A DNA stretch of 64,000 nt, taken from an uncultured Pseudomonadota bacterium (GTDB lineage: Bacteria; Pseudomonadota; Gammaproteobacteria; Enterobacterales; Succinivibrionaceae). Below, piece after piece: positions 29,665 through 40,426 of the stretch. Under the pieces are notes generated by a model. That model worked only from the letters and a program-made list of their open reading frames with translations, did no database searches and was not told where the DNA came from. Position 1 is the stretch's first letter, and each line of letters starts with the position of its first letter. The position numbers and the translations under genes were made by a program. The DNA lies in contig OMYE01000016.1 of assembly GCA_900315145.1 (NCBI GenBank), positions 2,385-66,384 of the forward strand, written 5' to 3'.

Positions 29665-30459
29665 TTATTTTTCAGTTTCTGTTGTGTTTGTTTCTTTTTT
29701 ATCCACTGACTCAGCTGAATCAGGAGTCACAACCTTCTTTACATCGTCAGCAGCGTTGTTTAAAGAGGCTTTGGCAGCTTCAACATTTTCTCCAACAGCC
29801 TTGTTAACTTCAGCAACTTTGTCATTAACCTGATCGACAGCTTCACTTACTTTATTCTGAACACTGTCAGCCGCATCACTTACAGCCTGCTTGCCGTCTT
29901 CATAAGCAGCCTTAGCCTGTTCAGTAGCATTACCTACAGCCTGCTTGCCGTCTTCATAAGCAGCCTTAGCCTGTTCAGCAGCTTTACCTACAGCCTGCTT
30001 GCCGTCTTCATAAGCAGCCTTAGCCTGTTCAGCAGCTTTACCTACAGTCTGCTTGCCGTCTTCATAAGCAGCCTTAGCCTGTTCTGCCGCCTTGTCAACT
30101 GCTTCACCGGCCTTCTCAGTCAAAGACTTCTTTTCAGTATCCGCCTTGTTTTCATCAGCGGATGCAGACTTCTTGTCTTCTGCAACTATCACACTGAAAT
30201 CATCACTGCTGAGTTTACTACGGTGAGTAGTAATATAACCTAAAGAAATAGTCAGAACGGCAAATACTGTGGCAAGTATCCATGTTGACTTAACAAAGAA
30301 GTTGGCACTGCCTACAGAACCGAACAAAGTATTTGAGGCACCGGCCCCAAATGAAGCTCCCATGCTGGCGCCCTTTCCCTGCTGCATCAAAATAAAAGCA
30401 GCAAGAATAATCGCTACGATCAAGTCGAGCACTATAAGTATTGAATAAGCATAATCCAT
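29665..30459 (-). CDS. secG: preprotein translocase subunit SecG with a long repeat-containing C-terminal extension
   Basis: The first ~80 aa (ILIVLDLIVAIILAAFILMQQGKGASMGASFGAGASNTLFG...) are canonical SecG. The remaining ~150-180 aa are hydrophilic and A/K/E-rich, with four 18-aa repeats. Confidence 0.85.
   Translation of the reverse strand: MDYAYSILIVLDLIVAIILAAFILMQQGKGASMGASFGAGASNTLFGSVGSANFFVKSTWILATVFAVLTISLGYITTHRSKLSSDDFSVIVAEDKKSASADENKADTEKKSLTEKAGEAVDKAAEQAKAAYEDGKQTVGKAAEQAKAAYEDGKQAVGKAAEQAKAAYEDGKQAVGNATEQAKAAYEDGKQAVSDAADSVQNKVSEAVDQVNDKVAEVNKAVGENVEAAKASLNNAADDVKKVVTPDSAESVDKKETNTTETEK
29867..30102. repeat. 54-bp tandem repeat, ~4.4 copies, inside the secG 3' half
   Basis: Units start at 29887, 29941, 29995 and 30049 (ctgcttgccgtcttcataagcagccttagcctgttcagcagctttacctacagc). 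They are near-identical and encode (G)KAAEQAKAAYEDGKQAV. Confidence 0.9.
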
Positions 30460-30620
30460 TTTTTGACACCTCTGTCCTTGCGTTATATGGCGGTTATTCT
30501 ATCAAATAACGTGATCTTTTCAACCTTTTTAATGTTCGCGGGAACATGTGCGAATACTCAACAAGGCCTGAAAATAGCAGTAAAACAACAGGTCCGCCAT
30601 ACCGTATAAGACTCAAACTA

Positions 30621-31961
30621 TTAATTCTGACTCTGTTTCACAATAACATTGGCTATATCACTGGCAAGCTTCTTTACCAGCCCTCCATCCTCGCCTTCAA
30701 CCATAACACGCACCAAAGGTTCCGTACCTGATTTTCTTAAAAGTACACGTCCCTTGTCCCCAAGCTTAGCTTCAGCATCACGTGTAGCTTCGAGAACAGC
30801 GGCATCACTCAGAGCATCAAATCCTGATGTAAGTCTTACATTCACCAGTTCCTGAGGGAACAGCTTGACATCCTTATGGAGTTCACTCATAGAAACCTTA
30901 TATTCACACATAGCACGAAGTACCTGAAGAGCACTGATAATACCATCTCCTGTAGTGGTATGTCTCAGACTGATGATGTGACCAGAATTCTCACCACCAA
31001 GTCCCCAGCCCAGTTCAAGAAGCTTTTCCATAACGTAGCGATCACCCACCTTGGCTCTTTCAAACGGTATACCGAGTCTGGCCAGCGCCTGCTCAAATCC
31101 AAGATTTGACATCTGAGTACCGACGACACCGCCGTTAAGTTTGTTGAACTGCTGCTGATACTTGGCAATGATGTAAAGCAGAACATCTCCATCTAGCACT
31201 TCACCTTTTTCGTCAACCATCAGTACACGGTCACCATCACCGTCAAAAGCAATGCCTAAATCAGCCTTTGTTTCAAGAACTTTTAAGATAAGGTTGTTCG
31301 GATGGGTTGAACCATACCCGTCATTGATGTTAATACCATTAGGTTCATTACCAATGGTAATAACCTTAGCACCGAGCTCTTTGAACACCATGGTTGCAAC
31401 CTGATAGGTGGCTCCATGGGCGCAGTCGAGAACAATATTCTTTCCTTCAAGAGTATAGGTATTAGGAAATGTACTCTTACAGAACTCCACATAACGGCCG
31501 GGAGCGTCATTTTTACGACTGGCTTTACCCAGCTTGCTGGCCTCAGCCACAGTCATAGGCAGATCAAGAAGAGCCTCGATCTGCAATTCAATTTCATCGG
31601 GAAGTTTAGTACCGTCCTTTGAGAAAAACTTTATACCATTATCATAGAAAGGATTATGGGATGCACTAATTACCACACCAGCCTCTGCCCTAAAGGCTCT
31701 GGTAAGATAGGCCACAGCAGGTGTAGGCATCGGTCCTAGCAGTACTGAATCAACACCTGCTGCACTAAATCCAGCCTCAAGAGCCGCTTCCAGCATATAT
31801 CCGGATATACGTGTATCCTTGCCTATTATAACTCTTCTTGTTCCTTTCTCAGACAACACCTTGCCGGCAGCCCAGCCCAATTTCATGGCGAACTCGGGAA
31901 CAATCGGATAATTACCTACTTTACCTCTTACACCGTCTGTACCAAAATATTTTCTATTCAT
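30621..31961 (-). CDS. glmM: phosphoglucosamine mutase
   Basis: 446 aa with [12 protein letters not shown], the active-site SASHNP and GDGDR motifs. In conserved position between folP and secG. Confidence 0.95.
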   Translation of the reverse strand: MNRKYFGTDGVRGKVGNYPIVPEFAMKLGWAAGKVLSEKGTRRVIIGKDTRISGYMLEAALEAGFSAAGVDSVLLGPMPTPAVAYLTRAFRAEAGVVISASHNPFYDNGIKFFSKDGTKLPDEIELQIEALLDLPMTVAEASKLGKASRKNDAPGRYVEFCKSTFPNTYTLEGKNIVLDCAHGATYQVATMVFKELGAKVITIGNEPNGININDGYGSTHPNNLILKVLETKADLGIAFDGDGDRVLMVDEKGEVLDGDVLLYIIAKYQQQFNKLNGGVVGTQMSNLGFEQALARLGIPFERAKVGDRYVMEKLLELGWGLGGENSGHIISLRHTTTGDGIISALQVLRAMCEYKVSMSELHKDVKLFPQELVNVRLTSGFDALSDAAVLEATRDAEAKLGDKGRVLLRKSGTEPLVRVMVEGEDGGLVKKLASDIANVIVKQSQN

Positions 31962-32862
31962 TAGTTTTCTTCCTATTCTTTATAAGTTTGGTAATTTTTA
32001 ACAATTCTCTGAGTTTAGGTCCTTTTCTTTCAAACATTTTTGCATGATTCCAGCAAGTTAGGGCCTGGACAGTCTCAGCAACATCATGAACTCTTATTAT
32101 CTTTGCCCCTTTATTAACTGAATACATCGCCAGTGCCAAAGATCCAGGCAGTCTGGCATCAACAGGAGCCCCTGTCAGCTTACCAATAAGTGATTTTCGA
32201 GACAGTCCCACCAGTATCGGATAACCAAAGCTACCGAAAGTATCTAGTCTGCCTAACAGTTCATAATTCTGATCCATGGTTTTTCCGAAACCTATACCTG
32301 GATCAATAACAATATTCTGTTTAGACATGCCTGCATTTAAGCACTGATGCAGTTTTTTAAATAAAAATTCTGAAATATCACCGAGAAGATCCCTATAATG
32401 AATATCCTCCTGCATATTCTTAGGCTCGCCCATCATATGCATAAGACAGACTGGTACGTTCAACTCAACACAGGTTTCCAATGCTCCTTCGACATTAAGG
32501 GCTCTGATATCGTTTATCATATGCGCCCCGGCATTAAAAGCCTCTCTCATAACCTCCGGTTTTGATGTATCAACAGAGATAAAAGTATCCAGTTCCTTAG
32601 CAATCTTTTCAACCACCGGAACAACCCTGTCCAGCTCCTCCTGAACAGAAACCTCTGCAGCTCCGGGACGGGTTGACTCTCCACCGACATCTATAATATC
32701 AGCTCCGTCATTAACCATTTTGGACGCATGAATTACAGCGGAATCAAGCGTACAGTGAGTACCACCGTCAGAAAAAGAATCCGGCGTAACATTTAGAATC
32801 CCCATTACTCTTGGCTCTGCCAGAGATAACGTACGGCCGTGAGCTGTCAATCTGTATATCAT
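31954..32862 (-). CDS. folP: dihydropteroate synthase
   Basis: [16 protein letters not shown] and [13 protein letters not shown] motifs. The start is set to the ATG at 32862 (MIYRL...), preceded by a G-rich SD. The 68 upstream codons in the track ORF lack similarity and are Cys/Leu-rich noise. Confidence 0.88.
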   Translation of the reverse strand: MIYRLTAHGRTLSLAEPRVMGILNVTPDSFSDGGTHCTLDSAVIHASKMVNDGADIIDVGGESTRPGAAEVSVQEELDRVVPVVEKIAKELDTFISVDTSKPEVMREAFNAGAHMINDIRALNVEGALETCVELNVPVCLMHMMGEPKNMQEDIHYRDLLGDISEFLFKKLHQCLNAGMSKQNIVIDPGIGFGKTMDQNYELLGRLDTFGSFGYPILVGLSRKSLIGKLTGAPVDARLPGSLALAMYSVNKGAKIIRVHDVAETVQALTCWNHAKMFERKGPKLRELLKITKLIKNRKKTNE

Positions 32863-33168
32863 ATACCCCCCGATAAATTTATCCTGCTGATTGTCAGTAC
32901 AAGTCGATAACAGACAATCATATAAATCCCGAATTTTAACATAACAGCAGTATTTGAGACATTGTGACAGCACTGAAATTCCCAGTTTATTATTAAACTT
33001 TAAACAAAGCTCAAAAAACAACAGAGCGAAAGCCGTTGAATCAGTACATAAACCACTCTGTTTCAATTATTTAAGAATATCCATAATAAAAAACGGAATC
33101 TCTGCAGATCCCGTTTTATTCTGTCCGGTTATAAAAAAACACCGGGAAATAAATAGTAAATAGCTTAC

Positions 33169-35157
33169 TTAAAAACTATCCTGTGACGGTTTGACCGGTT
33201 TATCTCTATCTTCACCATCCTTTGATCCTTCTTTAGGAACTGAGACAGTTTCCGGATTACCGTTTTCAATACCGGCATTATCCTTAGCCTCTTTGTTTCC
33301 GCTGTTGCTATCTTCATCACTCCCGCTACCGGAAACCGGGTTAAAGTCGCTAGGCTCTCTTACAGGCTTTCTGGCCATAAGATCATCAATCTGGGCGGAA
33401 TCAATGGTTTCATATTTCAGTAATGCATCCTTCATAGCATGAAGAATATCAATATTACTTTCCAGTATCTCCTTGGCACGGCTATAGTTATGGTCAAGAA
33501 TAGCCTTGATTTCGCTGTCAATAAGATCCTGTGAACTATCTGACATAGCTCGGAGAGATGAAGAACTGCCGCCAAGATAATTCTCTGTTTCCTCTCCTTC
33601 CATCAGCTGAGGACCTACCTTCTTGCTCATACCCCATTTGATAACCATATTTCTAGCCCAGTAGGTAGCTCTTTCAATATCATTAGAAGCTCCAGTAGTC
33701 ACATTATTCTCACCAAAGATGATTTCTTCAGCAATACGACCGGCAAAAAGGGTGGCAATTGTATCTTCAATATAATCCTTTGTATAGCTTAAACGTTCAT
33801 TTTCAGGAAGATACATGGTCACACCAAGCGCTCTGCTGCGCGGAATAATGGTAACCTTGTATACAGGATCAAAGCCGGGAAGCATTCTACCGACAATTGC
33901 ATGACCTGACTCATGATAAGCTGTATTAATCTTTTCCTTTTCGTTCATTACCTTGGAACGGAGTTCCGGTCCCATCAAAAGTTTGTCCTTGGCAAGTTCA
34001 AACTCATTCTGGCTGACAAGATTCTTGTTCTTTCTGGCCGCAGCAAGAGCAGCTTCATTCACCAGATTGGCAAGTTCAGCTCCGGAAAATCCGGGAGTAC
34101 CGCGGGCAATCTTCTTAATATCCACATCTTCAGCAATAGGCACATTACGGGTATGAACCTTCAGAATCTGCTCACGGCCCTTGATATCAGGAAGACCGAC
34201 AGTCACGCGACGGTCAAAACGGCCTGGACGCAAAAGAGCGGGGTCTAAAACGTCCGGACGGTTGGTTGCGGCAATGACTATTACAGCCTCATTTCCATCA
34301 AAACCGTCCATTTCAACAAGTAGCTGATTCAGAGTCTGTTCACGTTCATCATGACCGCCACCAATACCGATACCTCTCTTACGACCAACAGCATCAATTT
34401 CGTCTATAAAGATGATACATGGACATTTTGACTTAGCCTTGGCAAACAGATCTCTTACACGTGATGCACCTACACCTACGAACATTTCCACGAAATCAGA
34501 ACCGGAAATTGAGAAAAATGGTACTTTGGCTTCACCGGCAATGGCTTTTGCCAGCAATGTTTTACCTGTACCAGGCTGACCTACAAGCAGTACACCTCTA
34601 GGAATCTTACCGCCAAGTTTCTGGAATTTTTCTGGTTCTCTGAGGTAGTCAACCAGTTCCTTGACTTCTTCTTTTGCTTCGTCACAGCCGGCGACATCAA
34701 CAAAGGTTGTCCTAACTTCATCTTCCCTGAACTCTCTCGCCTTGCTCTTAGAAAAACTGAAGGCACCTTTTCCGCCCCCCTGACTGGCACGCATAAACCA
34801 TATCCAGACGAATACCAGCAGAATCATCGGGAACCAGGAGATAAAGATACTCAAAAGAAGGCTAGGCTCTTCAGGGAGAACCCCTGTAGTCTGAACCTTG
34901 TGTTCCTCAAGCTTAGGAAGTAGATCCTGATCGCTAATCGGAATAATAACCTTAAATTTTTCACCAGTCTTGCGTTCAGCATTGATAGTACGGCCGTCAA
35001 TCTTTACGGATTTAATCTGACCACTTGACAGTTCTTCCTTAAAAGCCACATAGTCATTCTTATTTCCAACAGAATCACCGGCAGTGTTAAATGTTTCAAA
35101 ACCCCATATTAAGATAATGGCAACAAATAACCAAAGCAGTAAGTTTTTTTTCATCAT
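33169..35157 (-). CDS. ftsH: ATP-dependent zinc metalloprotease FtsH
   Basis: 662 aa with two N-terminal TM segments, Walker [17 protein letters not shown] and the HESGHA zinc motif. Confidence 0.97.
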   Translation of the reverse strand: MMKKNLLLWLFVAIILIWGFETFNTAGDSVGNKNDYVAFKEELSSGQIKSVKIDGRTINAERKTGEKFKVIIPISDQDLLPKLEEHKVQTTGVLPEEPSLLLSIFISWFPMILLVFVWIWFMRASQGGGKGAFSFSKSKAREFREDEVRTTFVDVAGCDEAKEEVKELVDYLREPEKFQKLGGKIPRGVLLVGQPGTGKTLLAKAIAGEAKVPFFSISGSDFVEMFVGVGASRVRDLFAKAKSKCPCIIFIDEIDAVGRKRGIGIGGGHDEREQTLNQLLVEMDGFDGNEAVIVIAATNRPDVLDPALLRPGRFDRRVTVGLPDIKGREQILKVHTRNVPIAEDVDIKKIARGTPGFSGAELANLVNEAALAAARKNKNLVSQNEFELAKDKLLMGPELRSKVMNEKEKINTAYHESGHAIVGRMLPGFDPVYKVTIIPRSRALGVTMYLPENERLSYTKDYIEDTIATLFAGRIAEEIIFGENNVTTGASNDIERATYWARNMVIKWGMSKKVGPQLMEGEETENYLGGSSSSLRAMSDSSQDLIDSEIKAILDHNYSRAKEILESNIDILHAMKDALLKYETIDSAQIDDLMARKPVREPSDFNPVSGSGSDEDSNSGNKEAKDNAGIENGNPETVSVPKEGSKDGEDRDKPVKPSQDSF

Positions 35158-35183
35158 TTTTTCCCTAATTTTTCAGATCTCTG

Positions 35184-35846
35184 TTATCTGAAAATATCTT
35201 GTTCCTTATTATTGCTGTTACCTTTATATCCGAGCCCCACAAAATAAACCTCTCTGGATCTCTGTCTTGAGGCATCCGGTTTACGAACTTTAACTTCTTT
35301 AAATGAACTTCTGAGGAGTTTTAAATAAGCTTCAGTCCCCTCACCGTTGAACACCTTAACCACAAATGAACCGCCGGTTCTGAGTATTCTGCAGCACATA
35401 TCATACGCCAGTTCCACAAGGTACATGGCTCTGGGCTGATCCACTCCTAGATTACCTGACATATTCGGTGCCATATCTGAAAGAATAACATCAACCTTAT
35501 CGTCGCCAACAATCTCCAGAAGTTTATCCAGAACCTCCTGTTCACGGAAGTCCCCTTGAAGAAAATCCACTCCGTTAATAGGAGTCATCGGCAGGATATC
35601 GCAGGCTACAACCCTGCCGTGTTCACCGACGCAGTTAACGGCATATTCAGACCAGCCGCCAGGGGCAGCGCCTAGATCAACTACCTTAAAACCTTCTTTA
35701 ATAATTCTGTCACGTCCCTGAATTTCTTCTAGCTTAAAACTAGCTCTTGATCTGAGCCCCTTCTTATGTGCTTCCTGCACATAAACGTCATCAAAATGCT
35801 CTTTAAGCCATCTGGTCTGACTTGCTGTACGTTTTTTCTTTGTCAT
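35184..35846 (-). CDS. rlmE: 23S rRNA U2552 2'-O-ribose methyltransferase
   Basis: 220 aa with [10 protein letters not shown]...[12 protein letters not shown]. In conserved position upstream of ftsH. Confidence 0.93.
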   Translation of the reverse strand: MTKKKRTASQTRWLKEHFDDVYVQEAHKKGLRSRASFKLEEIQGRDRIIKEGFKVVDLGAAPGGWSEYAVNCVGEHGRVVACDILPMTPINGVDFLQGDFREQEVLDKLLEIVGDDKVDVILSDMAPNMSGNLGVDQPRAMYLVELAYDMCCRILRTGGSFVVKVFNGEGTEAYLKLLRSSFKEVKVRKPDASRQRSREVYFVGLGYKGNSNNKEQDIFR

Positions 35847-36206
35847 TATTCTGATTGATCAACTATTAGTTCAGGACTGTCCGACATCACGGAAGACAAC
35901 CATTATCCGCTATCAGACATAAACGTAAATTAGTTTTGTCCACTAAAATATTTACACACACCAAACTATATATTAACAAAAATTAGCATGGTTGTTCAAA
36001 TATTCACAATAGAATGTCGATAAACATTTGATAAATTTAGTCTAAAGAGTTGAAAAATAACCATCTCTATTTATCGGCAATCATGTCATTGCATGTTATA
36101 ACAAATCACAGCGTATTTTTTATATAGTGCCGAAAAAAATTTTTTCAATAGCCATGAATAACAACCTCAACCGTTGGTTAAAACGGCCACCGGGATTCTT
36201 GATGGA

Positions 36207-36245
36207 ATTCATGATTTATGCGGCAGAGCCGTATAAATCATGAAT
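36207..36245. other. long, nearly perfect hairpin (18-bp stem, 3-nt loop) in the rlmE/sbcC spacer
   Basis: attcatgatttatgcggc-aga-gccgtataaatcatgaat with a single G:T position. No adjacent U-run on either strand. Confidence 0.6.
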
Positions 36246-36315
36246 AAAATCCTTCTTAAATAGCAAACGCAAAACGTAGTTCTCAGTTTGTTTTGTTACT
36301 CAAACAATATGCATA

Positions 36316-39300
36316 CTATTTCAGTACGACAACCTCACTTCTGGTACTGTTTCCTTCACAACTTTTCACTAGAATCTTTGATTCAATCATACCTCCGTTA
36401 ACCACCTGATCCACATGAGTAATAATACCTATCTGACGGTTGGTAACCTTGGTCAGTGAATTGAGCAGCGAATCAAGTCTTTCATTATCTAAAGTATCAA
36501 AACCTTCATCAATAAACATAGTATCAACTCTTACACTGCGGACTATAAGATCAGACAGGCCAAGAGCCATTCCCAGGGATATACGGAATCTTTCCCCGCC
36601 GGACAGCGAGGATACCGGACGGCATAAATCCCCTTGATCATGATCTATAACCACTATTTCAAAAAAGCTTTGTTCAGCTCCTTTATTCTTTTGTACAGAA
36701 GTTACACACTTCAGCTCATATCTGCCGTCCGAAAAATCCAGAACATATCTGTTGGATTTATTCACAAGATACCCGAATGTAATGCTCTGAGCATATAGTT
36801 TAAAGCTCTTTTTACTGTCAAATAGCTCCCTGAGACCGCTGAGAGCTCTGTTACCGTCGCGTATCTCATCGCACTTTTTATTAAGATTATCTATATCTAC
36901 GATACTTTTCTCATCATTTCGCAAATCTGTCTCAAGTGACAGTTTCTGTTCCTCCAGTTCATTTTTATATTTTATTGCCTCTGAAAGAACATTCTCACGG
37001 ACGGAATCACCGTCTCCGGTCAAATCATCGGGAGACATTTGTTCCTTAATCCTAAACAGTCTGCCTTCAACATCATCACGGACGGCCTGCTTTTTATCAA
37101 TTCCATCTTTAATCTTGCTGATTTTTTCTTCAAGGATTTGTATTCTGTCCTCGCTTTTCTTATAGGTCTCACTACTTATTTTTAGTCCATCAAGAATCTC
37201 TTCTATGGAAAAATGCCGTATATTGTCATTTGATGCAACTATATCATCCACACCGTCCATAAGCTTTTTCTTAAGACATTCAACAGTACTGCCGGTCGTT
37301 TTTATATCCCTTTCGTATTCTTTCTCCCGTTCTAAACAGTTATTCAAATGATTACAGCTGGTATTTTTGGCAAGCTCTGCCTTCTGCTCCTCTCTCAAGG
37401 CTTCCTCAATATTTTTCTGCAGTGTGCTCCTCAGAGTCCTCACAGGAATACCGGATGTAAGAGTATTCAGTCTGGCGTCAATTTCAGCCATATTATTTTC
37501 ACATTCAGCAATCTTTTCAAAGATTTTTCCCAACTCTGTCTGCACATTATTTCTATTCTTTTCACAGTTTTTGATCTCAACTTCCTGTGCCTTCAGTAAA
37601 GCCTCCATTTTCTCCTTATTTTTTTCAAAATCATTAAGATCTTTAACAATTCTGTTGTAATCCCGGATAAATTCATTGAACTTATCGTCAGGAACAGATA
37701 CCATTTTTTCCCAGACATTAGCGAGTCTTTCATCATCAGTCTGGTACTTCAATGCGGTTATTTCATTTTCAACAGTCTGCAATACGGCATTTTCCTTTGA
37801 CTGGAAGTCTACGGATGATTTATATCGTTCATAAGTATTTCTGATACCTTCAACCACCCGTCCGGTCTCCGTGAGACCAGCGTCAATAGCACCAATCTCC
37901 CGGTATTTTTCCTTCATTGAATTTCTGAACGCGGTGACATTATCTGATTCTTTTTTCAGAAGATTCGTCTGCCTACCGATATTGAAAATCCGCTGCTCCA
38001 TGGCATTACAGCAGGCTTCGGCATTCTGCTCAGTGGCACTCACAGCCCCGGTTATTTCAGAGGTAAATCCCTTAACTACATCTGATATATTCTGCAGCAA
38101 AGTCTCCCCGTCCCGTTTTATTCCTGTTAATAAATCCCTCATATTAACAAGACATGACGCAGAATAATCATCATTCATACAGGAAAATAGAGAGGAATCG
38201 GCAAATACAGCATCAGCAGTCTGAATAGAAAGGGATATTTCCCGGGCTGTATTCTGCAGCTTTTTATGAGAATTTCCGAGCCCGTTAAAAAGTGACTCTC
38301 TTTCAGAATCAAGTTTCTGTCTGTTTTCCTGATACACTTTTATATCAGCATCCACTCTCTTCTGTTCACCTTCGTACTTATCCTTGTCAGCCTTCAACTT
38401 ATCTAGAAGTCCATCCAGTCCGTTCTGAAGATTATCAATTCTAGGATGGACAGTAGAACCGCAGCACGGACATGGTTCCCCCGGCTTCAGATTGACAACA
38501 TAGTCATGCATCTTAATACCGGTACTAACAGCCATAATAATTTCTTTAAGCTCACACTCTCTTTTCTTAAGAGTGTCAAAACGACTTCCTTCGACATCAT
38601 CAAATTGCAACCTACGCTGAGAATTAGCAACAATCCCGGAAAGGCAGTTCGCAAAATTCTCTGCCTCAGCAATATAATCATCAATTTTACTGCCAAGCAT
38701 AGTTAGACCTGTATTTATAGTAGTGTATTCTTCAATAAATCTCTTAGCTATGCCGGATGCTGATACATACATACCAAACTCAGGCAGTCTCCCTTCCTCG
38801 AATGAATAGGTGCTGCTGTCACCGGTTAAAACGGTATACTTTAAATAACTTTCCTGCCATTTCCGGAGATGTTCCTGCTGTTCACAGTTTTTTTCCGCAA
38901 TTAAACTCTTCTTATCTGCTAAAAGTTTCACTTTTTCCCGGTACATAGAAATATTCGTACTAAATTCATGCCAGATAGTCTTTATGTATGAATATTTTCT
39001 GTTTTGTTCATTTTTCTTCTGAAGAATATCTAAATCCAATTTGATTTCAGTTTCATCTTTTTCAGCTTTAGCCAGTTCATCTTCTGCATCTTTAAGCTTT
39101 TTTTCCTTGTCAGATTTTGAAGTATTGTGATTATTTATCAGTGTTAACCAGTTGCTCTTTTCTTTCTCCAGCTTTTCTGCTTCAACTAGTTTAGGCTCCT
39201 TCTGAATTATTTCATTCTTACAGGCAATTGTTTTCTGTTTGCTGATTTCAAGGGTCTCAGTATCTGTCTTTAACTGTGTCTCAGCAAAAACAATTTTTTC

Positions 39301-40305
39301 AGAAAAAGCATTTAATTCCCTCTTTAATGAGCTAAGCCGATCTTCCTGATTTGTTAACTGAACATGAACATCTTTCACCGGCTCTGACAGATGGTAGAGT
39401 TCCATTACCCGGTAATCATCCTTATAATCTTCCCTCTGTTTCTCTAGACTCTGACATTCTGCATTTTTTTCAGTAATTTCCTCATCTGCCTTTTTTAGCT
39501 CAATCCTGCATTCACTGAAATCGTTTATTAACTGTATTTTTCTGTCAACACTGTCGATGTTTTTTCTACAGACGTAAAGCTCCCTTTTTTTCTCTTCTTT
39601 AACATCATCAGTCAATAGCTTTTCACTGATTATCTCTATCTGTCTTTCATAATCCTTCAGTCCATTCTCTAGAATCTTGTACTTGCTGGAAACAAGATCA
39701 TCAATTTTCTTATATATCTCCGTTCCCGTAAGCTTTTCTAGAAGCTTTGATTTAGCATCAGGATCATCTTCCAAAAACGCAGCAAAATCCCCCTGCGGCA
39801 GAACAATCACTCTTCTGAACTGATCCCAGGTCAGACCTGTGTACTTCCGGATAATATCATCATGAACAGCGGTTTTGTTTTCACTGCTTGTAATCTTTAT
39901 CGCATCTCCTGATTCATCTAATTTTTCCAGCTGATAATTATATGAATATTTAATTCTCTTTTTGCTTATACTGAAACTGGAACGGTACTGCTGACCGCCA
40001 ACACCTTCAAAATACACTGTAGCACTGCAGTTGTTCTGACCTCTGGTCATAATATTAATCGGATCATCAGGTGACAGAGCAAAATCCTCTAGATCCAGTT
40101 TACCGGAGCGGGAATTAAATTTGGCAATACGCGGAGTTTTCCCGTAAATTCCAAAACAGATGGCATCAAGTATGGTGCTTTTACCAGCACCGGTATCACC
40201 GATTATGGCAAAAATTTTTTTACGATTTCTTGTAACCTCACGAAAATCAATGTCAAATTCTCTTAAACTTGCTAAATTAATTCCCTTAACTCTTAATACT
40301 TTCAT
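36316..40305 (-). CDS. sbcC: SbcC-type SMC-like ATPase (exonuclease SbcCD subunit C)
   Basis: Walker A GDTGAGKSTILDAI, a long coiled coil with the zinc hook CPCCG (PGEPCPCCGSTVHP), a signature/Q-loop region LSGGERFRISLGMALG and Walker B FIDEGFDTLD. The start at 40305 (MKVLRVKGINL...) matches SbcC N-termini. The track start at 40350 adds 15 aa. Confidence 0.85.
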   Translation of the reverse strand: MKVLRVKGINLASLREFDIDFREVTRNRKKIFAIIGDTGAGKSTILDAICFGIYGKTPRIAKFNSRSGKLDLEDFALSPDDPINIMTRGQNNCSATVYFEGVGGQQYRSSFSISKKRIKYSYNYQLEKLDESGDAIKITSSENKTAVHDDIIRKYTGLTWDQFRRVIVLPQGDFAAFLEDDPDAKSKLLEKLTGTEIYKKIDDLVSSKYKILENGLKDYERQIEIISEKLLTDDVKEEKKRELYVCRKNIDSVDRKIQLINDFSECRIELKKADEEITEKNAECQSLEKQREDYKDDYRVMELYHLSEPVKDVHVQLTNQEDRLSSLKRELNAFSEKIVFAETQLKTDTETLEISKQKTIACKNEIIQKEPKLVEAEKLEKEKSNWLTLINNHNTSKSDKEKKLKDAEDELAKAEKDETEIKLDLDILQKKNEQNRKYSYIKTIWHEFSTNISMYREKVKLLADKKSLIAEKNCEQQEHLRKWQESYLKYTVLTGDSSTYSFEEGRLPEFGMYVSASGIAKRFIEEYTTINTGLTMLGSKIDDYIAEAENFANCLSGIVANSQRRLQFDDVEGSRFDTLKKRECELKEIIMAVSTGIKMHDYVVNLKPGEPCPCCGSTVHPRIDNLQNGLDGLLDKLKADKDKYEGEQKRVDADIKVYQENRQKLDSERESLFNGLGNSHKKLQNTAREISLSIQTADAVFADSSLFSCMNDDYSASCLVNMRDLLTGIKRDGETLLQNISDVVKGFTSEITGAVSATEQNAEACCNAMEQRIFNIGRQTNLLKKESDNVTAFRNSMKEKYREIGAIDAGLTETGRVVEGIRNTYERYKSSVDFQSKENAVLQTVENEITALKYQTDDERLANVWEKMVSVPDDKFNEFIRDYNRIVKDLNDFEKNKEKMEALLKAQEVEIKNCEKNRNNVQTELGKIFEKIAECENNMAEIDARLNTLTSGIPVRTLRSTLQKNIEEALREEQKAELAKNTSCNHLNNCLEREKEYERDIKTTGSTVECLKKKLMDGVDDIVASNDNIRHFSIEEILDGLKISSETYKKSEDRIQILEEKISKIKDGIDKKQAVRDDVEGRLFRIKEQMSPDDLTGDGDSVRENVLSEAIKYKNELEEQKLSLETDLRNDEKSIVDIDNLNKKCDEIRDGNRALSGLRELFDSKKSFKLYAQSITFGYLVNKSNRYVLDFSDGRYELKCVTSVQKNKGAEQSFFEIVVIDHDQGDLCRPVSSLSGGERFRISLGMALGLSDLIVRSVRVDTMFIDEGFDTLDNERLDSLLNSLTKVTNRQIGIITHVDQVVNGGMIESKILVKSCEGNSTRSEVVVLK

Positions 40306-40426
40306 AACAGCCCTATAATAATCCGTTAATCCACAATCTTTGGCATTCATAATGTTATGTGAATATCTTTTACTGCCTCAGAGACTGCCAAAACAGCATC
40401 CCATGAGATGAAAACCTGCGTTTCTA

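Noticed and set aside
29360-29833. 157-aa + strand ORF
   Set aside because: It runs antisense across both tRNA-Leu genes and the secG 3' end. The repeated PEAGLEPARH / PRRDLNPHA peptides are simply translated tRNA sequence.
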